Below are positions 10,626 through 20,300 of a stretch of 64,000 nucleotides of DNA, piece by piece. The stretch is from assembly GCA_902552705.1 (NCBI GenBank), contig CACDHZ010000001.1, forward strand, positions 33,594 to 97,593. The letters run 5' to 3'. Made by a program: the position numbers and the translations under genes. Under the pieces are notes generated by a model. It ran no database searches. It saw only the letters and a list, made by a program, of their open reading frames with translations, and was not told the origin of the DNA. Every line of letters starts with the position of its first letter. The first letter of the stretch is position 1. This DNA comes from an uncultured Pelagibacteraceae bacterium. GTDB lineage: Bacteria; Pseudomonadota; Alphaproteobacteria; Pelagibacterales; Pelagibacteraceae.

Positions 10626-10655
10626 TTGACATCACCTATATAAAAAAATAAAAAT
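10626..10655 (+). promoter_or_regulatory. Putative sigma70 promoter of the small basic peptide gene
   Basis: Perfect TTGACA at 10626-10631, 17-bp spacer, TAAAAA(T) at 10649-10655 (imperfect -10). Confidence 0.55.
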
Positions 10656-10706
10656 AACTTAATAGCGAATCACTTTGATTCGTTTAACTTTAACAGGGAG
10701 CTAAAG

Positions 10707-10775
10707 ATGGCTAAAAGAAGAAAAAAAGCTAAGAAAAAAGCTAAGAAAAAAGCTAAAAAAAGAAGAAGAAGATAA
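10707..10775 (+). CDS. 22-aa Lys/Arg/Ala-rich protamine/histone-tail-like peptide (not in ORF track)
   Basis: MAKRRKKAKKKAKKKAKKRRRR*; AGGGAG Shine-Dalgarno at 10695-10700, 6 nt before ATG; flanked by a promoter and a terminator. Confidence 0.78.
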   Translation: MAKRRKKAKKKAKKKAKKRRRR

Positions 10776-10795
10776 ATTTTTTAGTACTCTTCATT

Positions 10796-10838
10796 AAAAA
10801 CGCTTCTCATAACTTTTGTGTGAGAGGCGTTTTTTTTT
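10796..10838. terminator. Bidirectional rho-independent terminator
   Basis: AAAAA-CGCTTCTCATA...TGTGAGAGGCG-TTTTTTTTT hairpin with A and T tracts on either side, between the convergent peptide gene and carD. Confidence 0.85.
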
Positions 10839-10847
10839 GAAAAATTT

Positions 10848-11726
10848 TTAATCTTCAGAGCTAATTGGTTCAGAAACTGATGTTTCAGGCTGAATATTTT
10901 TAACAGGAGCGACAATAGGTTTTGTCTGACCATCTTGTTGATTTCTTTTAAGTGCCTTATCTAATTTTTTTTGCGTATCCTCTAATGATATGCCTAATAT
11001 AATTTGAAATTCTGTTAAAATTCTTTCATAGGCTTTTTCAAAAAGTTGTCTTTCACTGTAAGATTGATCTACCATTAAATCATCTCCTTTGTTTAGATCT
11101 CTAACTACTTCAGCAAGCTCATAGATTTTGCCTGAAGAAATTTTAGCTTCATATTCTTGTGCTCTTCTACTCCACATAGATCGTTTTATCTTTGGTTTAC
11201 TTTTTAAAATAGAGATACACTTAGTAACTTGATTTATTGTTGCTAAGGGTCTTAAATGTGATTGTTTATTTACAGGAACCATTCCATTAGCTTTATCTTT
11301 TTCAAATTTTAGAACATATGTTTCAACATCAATTCCACCAATATTTATTTTTTTAAATTCAATAATTTGACCAACACCATGTTTTGGATAGACCACATAG
11401 TCTTTAACTTTATATTGCTTTTTTTCAGTCTCTTGTTTTTTTACTTTTTTAATTTCAGGTTTAATTTCATTATTTTTTGAAATTCTTAAATTATTATTTT
11501 TAGCCTCTATTTTTTGTACAACAGCACTTTTAGCAGAAGTTTTTAAATTTTTTTTAGTCTTAATTAATTTAGATTTAATTTTGATATTCTTTTTTTTAAC
11601 TACTTTTTTTTTATTTTTTTTGTTTACTATTAAAGTAGTTTTTTTTATTTTTTTCTTTGATTTTTTTTTAAAGATTTTCGTTAAAATATTTTTCGTACTT
11701 ATTTTCTTCATTTTTATGTTCTTCAT
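10848..11726 (-). CDS. carD: CarD/CdnL-family RNA polymerase-binding factor with long Lys-rich N-terminal extension
   Basis: [15 protein letters not shown]-interaction domain, MWSRRAQEY (conserved Trp), [10 protein letters not shown]; start uncertain (11726 or 11711, overlapping fdxA). Confidence 0.92.
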   Translation of the reverse strand: MKNIKMKKISTKNILTKIFKKKSKKKIKKTTLIVNKKNKKKVVKKKNIKIKSKLIKTKKNLKTSAKSAVVQKIEAKNNNLRISKNNEIKPEIKKVKKQETEKKQYKVKDYVVYPKHGVGQIIEFKKINIGGIDVETYVLKFEKDKANGMVPVNKQSHLRPLATINQVTKCISILKSKPKIKRSMWSRRAQEYEAKISSGKIYELAEVVRDLNKGDDLMVDQSYSERQLFEKAYERILTEFQIILGISLEDTQKKLDKALKRNQQDGQTKPIVAPVKNIQPETSVSEPISSED

Positions 11727-11994
11727 GATCCACAGGTGGATCTTTTTTTACAGTTATGTTGGGCCAAATTTCAGAATACTTTCTGTTAATTTCTAGCCAT
11801 TTTTCATTCCCAGATTCAGTATCTGCAACTATAGCATCGACTGGACATTCTGGTTCACAAACGCCACAATCTATACACTCATCGGGTTTAATTACAAGCA
11901 TATTTTTACCTTCATAGAAACAATCAACAGGACATACTTCAACACAGTCCATTAATTTACACTTTATACATTTATCATTTACAATGTAGGTCAT
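11668..11994 (-). CDS. fdxA: Ferredoxin (FdxA-type, two Fe-S clusters)
   Basis: [18 protein letters not shown] and [12 protein letters not shown] motifs; conserved fdxA-carD order. Confidence 0.95.
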   Translation of the reverse strand: MTYIVNDKCIKCKLMDCVEVCPVDCFYEGKNMLVIKPDECIDCGVCEPECPVDAIVADTESGNEKWLEINRKYSEIWPNITVKKDPPVDHEEHKNEENKYEKYFNENL

Positions 11995-12416
11995 TTTCCT
12001 AATTCTTTTTTAATTTTTTCTTTGAGGTCCCCCATGATTTTTGTATCTATATACAATAAACCACCCAGTCTCCTCATTAAATTTGTCTCATATATATCAG
12101 CAGAGTTATCGGAGTAAATAATCTTCCACAAAGACTCAATTATTTTAACTTTATCAGAATAGGAAATATTTTTGACCTCTCTTGTAAAATCTAATATTTG
12201 ATTTGAATTTTCTTCAATAATCAAAGCTTCTTCTATAAATTTATCTAGGTTTGAGCTTTCTGCACCTAATTCAATTAAAGTTTTTTTAATAATATTTTTT
12301 TCTTTTTCTTCATAAACTTCATCAATTTTTGCAGCATGTATTAAAAGAGCAGCAATTTTTGAATATTTATTAATATCTTTTTTATTATTTTCTTTATTCT
12401 GAAAAAAATTAATCAT
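11991..12416 (-). CDS. TerB-family (tellurite-resistance-like) protein
   Basis: [32 protein letters not shown] pattern. Confidence 0.75.
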   Translation of the reverse strand: MINFFQNKENNKKDINKYSKIAALLIHAAKIDEVYEEKEKNIIKKTLIELGAESSNLDKFIEEALIIEENSNQILDFTREVKNISYSDKVKIIESLWKIIYSDNSADIYETNLMRRLGGLLYIDTKIMGDLKEKIKKELGK

Positions 12417-14902
12417 TATCTTAAATTTAAGTTTTTTAAAATTTTAAAAGGACTATTAGGAGAATTTAGTTTTTTAAAGGTTTTTTTAATTTGTTTTTTT
12501 GGGTTGTATTTAAAATATACATCATTGTCTTTTTCGAGGATTTTATAGTTCATTTTTTTAATTAATTTTTTAAAGTTATCTTTACTACATCCCAGTAAAT
12601 TAAGCATTTCTGGTATTAATTTTATTTCTTTATCTTTATCTTTTTCAGAATTAGAATTTATAATTTGTACAAATAATCTTTCTAGAATATCTATTCTTAC
12701 AAAAAAGTTATCAAAATTTTCAAATCCACACAAAAGCATAAACTTTTTATTTTTTTTGTTTTTATCTTCTAAAAAATTTAACCCAAAAGTAGGAGGTTTT
12801 AATTTAAAATCTTTTTGATTAAAATTTTTCCATAATAAAATCCTTAATGAGACAGATTCAGGTTTAAATAATTTAAATAAAAAAATATGATAACGGCCAA
12901 ATTTTACACCTAGATTTCTTAAAATTTTCCTTTCATCTTGACCAAGTTTTTTCAAATATTCATTCACTAGCTCTCTTTTGATAACACCATTGTTTTCATA
13001 CAACTGGTAAGCCAAGGCATTAATAAATGAGTTATTATCTTTTAAATTTTTTAAATCTATTAAGCTTTTAAGTCCTAAATTAATTTTTTCTTTAATCCAT
13101 TTTTCAATGAATTCTGATAATTTTTGTTTATCGTTATTTTCTAAAATATCATCAACTATTAATAATACATTTGGATTCAAGTAATCTTTACCCGGAGTTA
13201 ATTTAGCAATCGGAAATTTATTCCAATAAATTTTAAAATCATCTTTTAAATCAATCAAACCTGTATTAATGATAGATTGAATTCTTTTTTGAAGCTCTGG
13301 ACCTACAGTTTGTCTTGCTGCTTTTTTCAAAGATTTTATATCAGTTTCTAAAGCTCCAACTTTTAAATCCATTTCGAATTTTAAACCTTTAAGATTACCA
13401 ATAAATTGTTGATCAATTATCACTCTATCATCTTTCATTATTTCAGTTTTAAAATCCATATCTTGTTTTAATCCTCTTGCAAGTACACTAGCTCTTTTAT
13501 CAATGAATGTCTTTGTGAGTTCTTCATGTAATCTATCTGAAAGTCTATCTTCTAATAATTTTGTTTTTTCAATCCAATAATTTTGATTTTCAACCCAATT
13601 AATTTTATTAGAAACATATGACCAAGTTCTAACATTTGCAATTCTATTTGACAAAGAATCAACATTTCCCTCTAATTTATCTAATTTTATTAACTGTAAT
13701 CTCATATAATCATCAGTAATTTTGCCATCTTTACCATTTAGAAAGCTAAAAACCTTACCAACTACCTCAAGGTGGTTACCGTAAGTTTTTTTTACAAAAT
13801 CTGGAATTTGGCAACAATCCCATAAGAGCTCGAGTGTTTCTTTATTATCTTTAATATTATGACTTCTCATATCTTTTAAAAAATATTTTAATACTTTTTC
13901 ATCTTCACATTCGTGTATTTTTCTTAACCAATCTTCTCTAGGTTTTTCTTCAAGGGATTTAATTAAACTTAAAGCATTATTAAAATTTAAGTTTGAATTT
14001 CTCCAAAATAGCATTTTTATTTCTTCAAATTTATGATTTTCAATAAGTTCTACTTCTTCTGCTGTAATTTCTTTACAGTTTCCTGTGATACCAAAGTTAC
14101 CATCATTTAAATATCTACCTGCTCTTCCAGCTATTTGTCCAATTTCAGACATGTTAAGGCGCCTTAATTTTCTTCCGTCAAATTTTTTAAGATTTGAAAA
14201 ATAAACATTTTCTAAATCCATATTAATTCCCATACCAATAGCATCAGTTGCAACTAGGAAGTCAACATCTCCTGATTGGTAAAGTTCAACTTGCGCATTT
14301 CTAGTTTTAGGACTTAGTGAGCCCATTACAATTGCTGCCCCACCTTTTTGTCTTCTTACTAATTCAGCAATTGCGTAAACATCTTCAGTTGAAAAAGCTA
14401 TAATAGCTGTTTTTCTATTAATTCTTGAAATTTTTTTGTGACCAACATAGGAGAGTTTTGAAAATCTTTCTCTATTAATGAACTCAGTATCTTCGTTTAA
14501 ATTATTTATAATATTTTTGATAGTATAGGAACCCATAAACATTGTTAATTTTTCTCCACGGAGATTTAACAATCTATCCGTAAAAATATGACCTCTTTCA
14601 TGATCTGCACACATTTGTATTTCATCAATTCCAACAAAATCTAAATTTTTATTAATTGGCATAGACTCAACAGTACAAAGAAAATATTTTGCATTTGTAG
14701 GAATTATCTTCTCCTCACCTGTTATTAGAGCAACTTTATCTATACTGACTTTTTTAATAATTTTGTCATAAACTTCACGAGCTAGTAATCTCAGAGGAAA
14801 ACCAATCATTCCAGAGTCAAACGAAAGCATAGTTTCTATGGCAAGATATGTTTTGCCAGTATTTGTTGGCCCAAGAACAGCTGAAATTTTATTTTTTGAC
14901 AT
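12416..14902 (-). CDS. SUV3/MgpS-like SF2 ATP-dependent helicase
   Basis: GPTNTGKT, PLRLLARE, DEIQ, VATDAIGMG, QIAGRAGR. Confidence 0.92.
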   Translation of the reverse strand: MSKNKISAVLGPTNTGKTYLAIETMLSFDSGMIGFPLRLLAREVYDKIIKKVSIDKVALITGEEKIIPTNAKYFLCTVESMPINKNLDFVGIDEIQMCADHERGHIFTDRLLNLRGEKLTMFMGSYTIKNIINNLNEDTEFINRERFSKLSYVGHKKISRINRKTAIIAFSTEDVYAIAELVRRQKGGAAIVMGSLSPKTRNAQVELYQSGDVDFLVATDAIGMGINMDLENVYFSNLKKFDGRKLRRLNMSEIGQIAGRAGRYLNDGNFGITGNCKEITAEEVELIENHKFEEIKMLFWRNSNLNFNNALSLIKSLEEKPREDWLRKIHECEDEKVLKYFLKDMRSHNIKDNKETLELLWDCCQIPDFVKKTYGNHLEVVGKVFSFLNGKDGKITDDYMRLQLIKLDKLEGNVDSLSNRIANVRTWSYVSNKINWVENQNYWIEKTKLLEDRLSDRLHEELTKTFIDKRASVLARGLKQDMDFKTEIMKDDRVIIDQQFIGNLKGLKFEMDLKVGALETDIKSLKKAARQTVGPELQKRIQSIINTGLIDLKDDFKIYWNKFPIAKLTPGKDYLNPNVLLIVDDILENNDKQKLSEFIEKWIKEKINLGLKSLIDLKNLKDNNSFINALAYQLYENNGVIKRELVNEYLKKLGQDERKILRNLGVKFGRYHIFLFKLFKPESVSLRILLWKNFNQKDFKLKPPTFGLNFLEDKNKKNKKFMLLCGFENFDNFFVRIDILERLFVQIINSNSEKDKDKEIKLIPEMLNLLGCSKDNFKKLIKKMNYKILEKDNDVYFKYNPKKQIKKTFKKLNSPNSPFKILKNLNLR

Positions 14903-15121
14903 TTCTATTTATGGTACGTTTAATTTTTACTCCACCACATGTAGTTGTCTAAGAAGAACAAAAATAGACTAAAACATGACCGAATCGTTGGCAAAAAAGT
15001 TCTCATTTATCTTTTATTTATTAATTTATCATAATTAAAATTAATTATGTATTAATATTTTAGTAGCATTTTTATTTTTGATAATATTTGAGAAATTAAA
15101 TTATATAATGAAAGAATCGAT

Positions 15122-15223
15122 ATGAAAATAAACAAGGAAGTAATATTTTTAATAATATTGGTTATAGCTATAGAATTGTCTGGTTACGGAATTTTATCTT
15201 CTTTATCTAGGTTATTAAGTTAA
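15122..15223 (+). CDS. Putative 33-aa small membrane protein (not in ORF track)
   Basis: MKINKEVIFLIILVIAIELSGYGILSSLSRLLS*; hydrophobic; stop overlaps the stop of the convergent PaaI gene (TTAA). Confidence 0.45.
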   Translation: MKINKEVIFLIILVIAIELSGYGILSSLSRLLS

Positions 15224-15624
15224 GATTTAGGTTTTAAAATTTTCCAAACACCTGATGCAGAAGTAATTATTTTATTGTTACATTTTAATTCACAAAATAA
15301 AAATACCAGAGTATTTGTTTTTTTTAAAATTCTAGTAAAACCTGTGATTTCATCTCCTAATTTAGAAGCTCCTATAAATTTTAAATCTAATGAAATAGTA
15401 ACACACGGTAAATTATCTGCTGCTCTGTGTGCTGCAGTTCCCGCTCCTGCATCTACAAGAGCAGACAAATAACCTCCATGAGTTATACCAGCAGCGTTAA
15501 GATGATTTTCATTTATAATAGCTTTAAATTCATATTCATTATCAGATACAGTTCTAAATAAAATACCACCATTGTGCTTCATAAAGCCTGGTTTAATACT
15601 TATTTGTTCAAACTCATTAGTCAT
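15220..15624 (-). CDS. PaaI-family thioesterase
   Basis: HLNAAGITHGGYLSALVD hot-dog fold motif. Confidence 0.9.
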   Translation of the reverse strand: MTNEFEQISIKPGFMKHNGGILFRTVSDNEYEFKAIINENHLNAAGITHGGYLSALVDAGAGTAAHRAADNLPCVTISLDLKFIGASKLGDEITGFTRILKKTNTLVFLFCELKCNNKIITSASGVWKILKPKS

Positions 15625-15632
15625 AATTTTTT

Positions 15633-15731
15633 TTATAATAATAAAGTAAAAATCAATATAACTATAATAGCGAGAATAAAGAAATAGATAACTGATTTTT
15701 GTAAAGATAATTTATTAACCCAATTAATCAT
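15633..15731 (-). CDS. Putative 32-aa single-TM protein (not in ORF track)
   Basis: MINWVNKLSLQKSVIYFFILAIIVILIFTLLL*; fills the gap between tRNA-Arg and the PaaI gene on the same strand. Confidence 0.5.
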   Translation of the reverse strand: MINWVNKLSLQKSVIYFFILAIIVILIFTLLL

Positions 15732-15744
15732 ATTTTACTTTTCT

Positions 15745-15821
15745 TGGTGGACCGCCCAGAACTCGAATCTGGAGTCTCCCGGTTCGTAGCCGAGCGCCTT
15801 ATCCAATTTGGCCAGCGGTCC
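15745..15821 (-). tRNA. tRNA-Arg (ACG)
   Basis: Reverse complement GGACCGC...CTCGG-CT-ACG-AA-CCGGG...GCGGTCC-A-CCA. Confidence 0.95.
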
Positions 15822-15896
15822 CTAATTAAATAATTTGTCAAATATATCAAAATTTTTGATGTATATTAAATTATAAAATATTATGTTGTATTATCA

Positions 15897-17084
15897 ATGT
15901 CAAAAAAACTAAACGATGTGGTTATAACGACTGCGTTGAGAACACCTATAGGAACTTATAAAGGATCTTTAAAAGATTTAGATGCTTATAAATTGGGCGC
16001 ATTAGTGATTAAAGAGGCTATTCTAGACTCAAAATTAAAAGGAGACGATATTGATGAAGTAATCATGGGTCATGTTCTTACATCTGGATGTGGTCAAAAT
16101 CCAGCAAGACAAGCATCTATCAAAGCTGGAGTTCCTGTTTCTAAACCAGCACATATTATAAATCAGGTTTGTGGATCTGGATTAAGGTCTATAGTTTCAG
16201 CGTATCAATCTATTAGTTTAAAGGAAAATAAAATCATTATTGCTGGAGGTCAAGAAAATATGTCTAAAGCTCCTCATGCAATATTTTATAGAGAAGAAAA
16301 AAAATTATCTGAAAGTAAGTTAATTGATACGATGCTTAATGATGGATTAATTGACTCATTTAACAATTATCATATGGGAATGACAGCTGAAAATATTGCT
16401 AGTAAGTATAAAATTTCAAGAGATGAACAAGATATTTTTGCATTAAATTCCCAAGAAAAAACTCAAAAAGCATTTAAAGAAAAAAAATTTCAAAACGAAT
16501 TGATTAAATTAGAAATCAATGAAAAACAAAAAAAATTTCTTTTTGAAAAAGATGAGCATCCTAGAGAAGATATAAAATTAGAAGATTTAAAAAAACTTAA
16601 AACGGTTTTTAAAGAAAATGGAACAGTCACTGCGGGAAATTCATCGGGAATTAATGATGGTGCAGCTGCAACAATATTAATGTCCAGAGAAGAGTCAGAG
16701 CTTAGATCAATAAAGCCATTAGCAAAAATAGTGTCATGGGCGACATGTGGGGTTGAGCCATCTTTAATGGGTCTTGGGCCAATATCTGCAGTTAAGATTG
16801 CTTTAAAAAAAGCTGGATGGGAAATAGAGGATATTGATTTATTTGAGATTAACGAAGCTTTTGCAGCTCAAAGTATTGCAGTAATTCGTGAACTTAAAAT
16901 TCCAAAAGAAAATGTAAACGTCAATGGTGGAGCTATAGCTTTAGGACATCCTATCGGTGCGTCAGGAACTAGAATCGTAGTTACACTAATTCATGAGCTG
17001 ATCAGACAAAATAAAGCCAAAGGTTGTGCTACACTTTGTATTGGTGGTGGTATGGGTATAGCTATTTGTATTGAAAAAAATTAA
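15897..17084 (+). CDS. Acetyl-CoA C-acetyltransferase (thiolase, PhaA/AtoB-like)
   Basis: NQVCGSG, NEAFAAQ, GHPIGASG, LCIGGGMG. Confidence 0.95.
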   Translation: MSKKLNDVVITTALRTPIGTYKGSLKDLDAYKLGALVIKEAILDSKLKGDDIDEVIMGHVLTSGCGQNPARQASIKAGVPVSKPAHIINQVCGSGLRSIVSAYQSISLKENKIIIAGGQENMSKAPHAIFYREEKKLSESKLIDTMLNDGLIDSFNNYHMGMTAENIASKYKISRDEQDIFALNSQEKTQKAFKEKKFQNELIKLEINEKQKKFLFEKDEHPREDIKLEDLKKLKTVFKENGTVTAGNSSGINDGAAATILMSREESELRSIKPLAKIVSWATCGVEPSLMGLGPISAVKIALKKAGWEIEDIDLFEINEAFAAQSIAVIRELKIPKENVNVNGGAIALGHPIGASGTRIVVTLIHELIRQNKAKGCATLCIGGGMGIAICIEKN

Positions 17085-17306
17085 AAGGTATTTCTTCTAA
17101 ATTTTTTAATAAGTAAAGCTCTCTGTATCCAAAGCTTAGCATCTAAACTTTGCTGATTTTTTAAATTAATTATTCGTTTTAATATAAATGTTAACATTTT
17201 ACATAGGTGACAAATAAGGTTGTCCAAAAAGAGATTTAAATGTGTTAAAAATATATTAAATATGTAAAATATGCTTAATAGTAGGTATATTTAGCTACTT
17301 AAAATA

Positions 17307-20300
17307 ATGACTCAAAAATTAGTTGTCCCAGATATTGGAGAATTTGAACAAGTTGAAGTTATAGAGCTTTTAGTAAAAGCTGGAGATGAAATAAAAATAA
17401 ATGATCCAGTTGTTACTATTGAAAGTGACAAATCTAGTGTTGAAATTCCCTCAACTGTTTCTGGAAAAATTAATTCGATCAGTGTTAAAGTAGGAGATAA
17501 AGTTTCTAAAGGGGACTTATTGTTATCAATAGACTCAACGAAAGAAATCTTGTCAGAGCCATCTATAAAAATTCCATCAGAAAATGAAATTCCAAAAGAT
17601 ACAGATAGTATTATTAAGCAAGCAGAGGAGACACTAAAAGTTGAAAAAAAAGAAGAAGTTATTCATAATGAAAAATTTTCTAAAAAAGATCTAATTAAGA
17701 CTCAAATAAGTAATAATAATGATATTGATCCATTAGAAACACAAGAATGGTTAGAGTCTCTTTCTGCTGTTGTAGAAAAAGATGGTAATGAAAGAGCACA
17801 TTTTTTAATAAAAGAATTAATTAATAAAGCTTATCGTGAAGGTGCAAATATTCCCTACACGCAAAATACACCTTATATAAATACAATCCCACCCGAAGCA
17901 GAGATTAAATCTAACGGAGATCAAAATATAGAAAGAAGGATTAGATCATTAATAAGATGGAATGCTGCTGCGATGGTTGTAAGAGCTAATAAAAAATTTC
18001 CTGAACTAGGAGGTCATATTGGTACATTCGCATCTGCAGCAACTCTTTATGATGTAGGAATGAATCACTTTTGGAGAGCAAAAAATAATAAATTTGGAGG
18101 TGATTTAGTCTATTTTCAAGGTCATAGTGCACCAGGTATGTATGCTAGAGCTTTCCTTGAGGGCAGACTTACTGAAAAACAACTAGACAGTTTTAGACAA
18201 GAAGTTAATCCTGGTGGATTATCTTCTTATCCTCATCCTTGGTTGATGCCAAATTTCTGGCAATTCCCAACAGTATCGATGGGACTAGGGCCAATGCTAG
18301 CAATATATCAAGCTAGGTATATGAAATATTTAATTAATAGAGGTTTAATAAAAGATGAAGGAAGAAAAGTTTGGGCTTTCCTAGGTGATGGTGAAATGGA
18401 CGAGCCAGAGTCTTTAGGAGCAATTGGTTTAGCTGCGAGAGAAAAGTTAGATAATTTAATTTTTGTAGTTAATTGTAATTTACAAAGATTAGATGGACCA
18501 GTTAGAGGAAATGGAAAAATTATTCAAGAGCTTGAAGGAATTTTTAGAGGCGCAGGATGGAATGTAATTAAGGTAATATGGGGATCATATTGGGACTCAT
18601 TATTAGCAAATGATAAGACTGGTTACCTAGTTAAAGTTATGAATGAGACTGTAGATGGTGAGTATCAAGCAATGAAAGCTAGAGATGGAGCGTATGTAAG
18701 AGAAAAGTTTTTTGGAAAATATTTAGAGACAAAGGAATTAGTTTCAAGTTTATCTGATAAAGATATATGGAGATTAAATAGAGGCGGTCACGATCCACAT
18801 AAAGTTTTTGCAGCTTATGACAAAGCATCTAAAAATGTAGGAAGCCCAACGGTAATAATAGCTAAAACCATAAAAGGTTATGGAATGGGAAAAAGTGGAG
18901 AAAGTGTAAATACTAGTCATCAAACAAAGAAATTAGATGTAAATGACTTGATGTACTATAGAGATAGATTTGATGTTCCTTTGACCGATCAACAAGTAAA
19001 GAATATTCAATATTATAAACCCGATCAAAATTCAGCAGAAATAAAATATATCAAAGAAAGAAGACTTAAACTTGGAGGATTTATTCCAGAAAGAACTACA
19101 TATGCTAAACCTATTAAAGCTCCTCCAAAAAATATTTTTGATAGTATGAAAGAATCAACGGGAGAAAAAAAAATGTCTACTACAATGGCATTAGTAAGAA
19201 TGTTGACGACTCTTCTAAGAGATAAAAATGTTGCACCAAGATTAGTTCCAATAATTCCCGACGAAGCAAGGACTTTTGGAATGGAAGGTTTCTTTCAAAA
19301 AATTGGAATATATGCTCATGAAGGTCAAAAGTATGAGCCCGAGGATGTTGCGCAATTAAGTTCTTATAGAGAAGAAAAAAGTGGTCAAGTTTTAGAAGAA
19401 GGTATTACGGAAGCTGGAGCTATGTCATCGTGGATAGCAGCTGGAACTTCTTACACTAATCATGATATAGAAATGATTCCTATTTATCTTTTTTATTCTA
19501 TGTTTGGTTTTCAAAGAATTGGTGATTTTGCTTGGGCTGGAGCAGATAGTCAATCTAGAGGATTTTTAATAGGAGCTACTGCTGGAAGAACAACTTTAGC
19601 GGGTGAAGGATTACAACATCAAGACGGTCATAGTCATTTAATGGCATCAACAATACCAAATTGTATTTCATATGATCCAACTTTCCATTATGAGTTAGCA
19701 GTTATTTTTAGAGATGGATTAAAAAGAATGCATGAGAAAAAAGAAAATATTTTTTATTACATAACAACTATGAATGAAAATTATTCTCATCCTTCAATTC
19801 CACAAAATAAATTTTGCGAAGAAGGAATTCTAAAAGGGATGTATAAAATAAAAGAATTTAGTAATCATAAAAAAACAAAGATTCAATTTTTAGGCTCTGG
19901 GACAATTTTAAGAGAAATGATGGCAGGTGCAGAAATACTAGATAAAGAATATAAAATAGATAGTGAGGTCTGGAGCGTTACAAGTTTTAACGAATTAAGA
20001 AGAGATGGATTAGAAGTAGAAAGATATAATCTTTTAAATCCTGATAAAGAGCCTAAAAAGTCTTATGTTGAAAAATGTTTAGGTAAAACAGAGGGACCTA
20101 TTTTGGCTGCATCAGATTATATGAGGATGAATTCAGATCAAATAAGACCTTATGTGAATAGAAGTTTTTATTCTTTAGGAACAGATGGATTTGGTAGAAG
20201 TGATACAAGAGAAAATTTAAGAAAATTTTTTGAAGTAGATAAAGAACATATTGTTGCTTATGGGTTAAGCGTATTAGCTAAAGAACAACTTATAGCCTCA

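Noticed and set aside
10722-10760. 12-bp tandem repeat (AAAAAAGCTAAG) as a CRISPR array or non-coding VNTR
   Set aside because: There are no spacers or cas genes; the repeat is in frame and explained by the AKKK peptide repeats
11991-12416. TerB as part of a ter stress or anti-phage cluster
   Set aside because: It is a single gene with no other ter genes nearby
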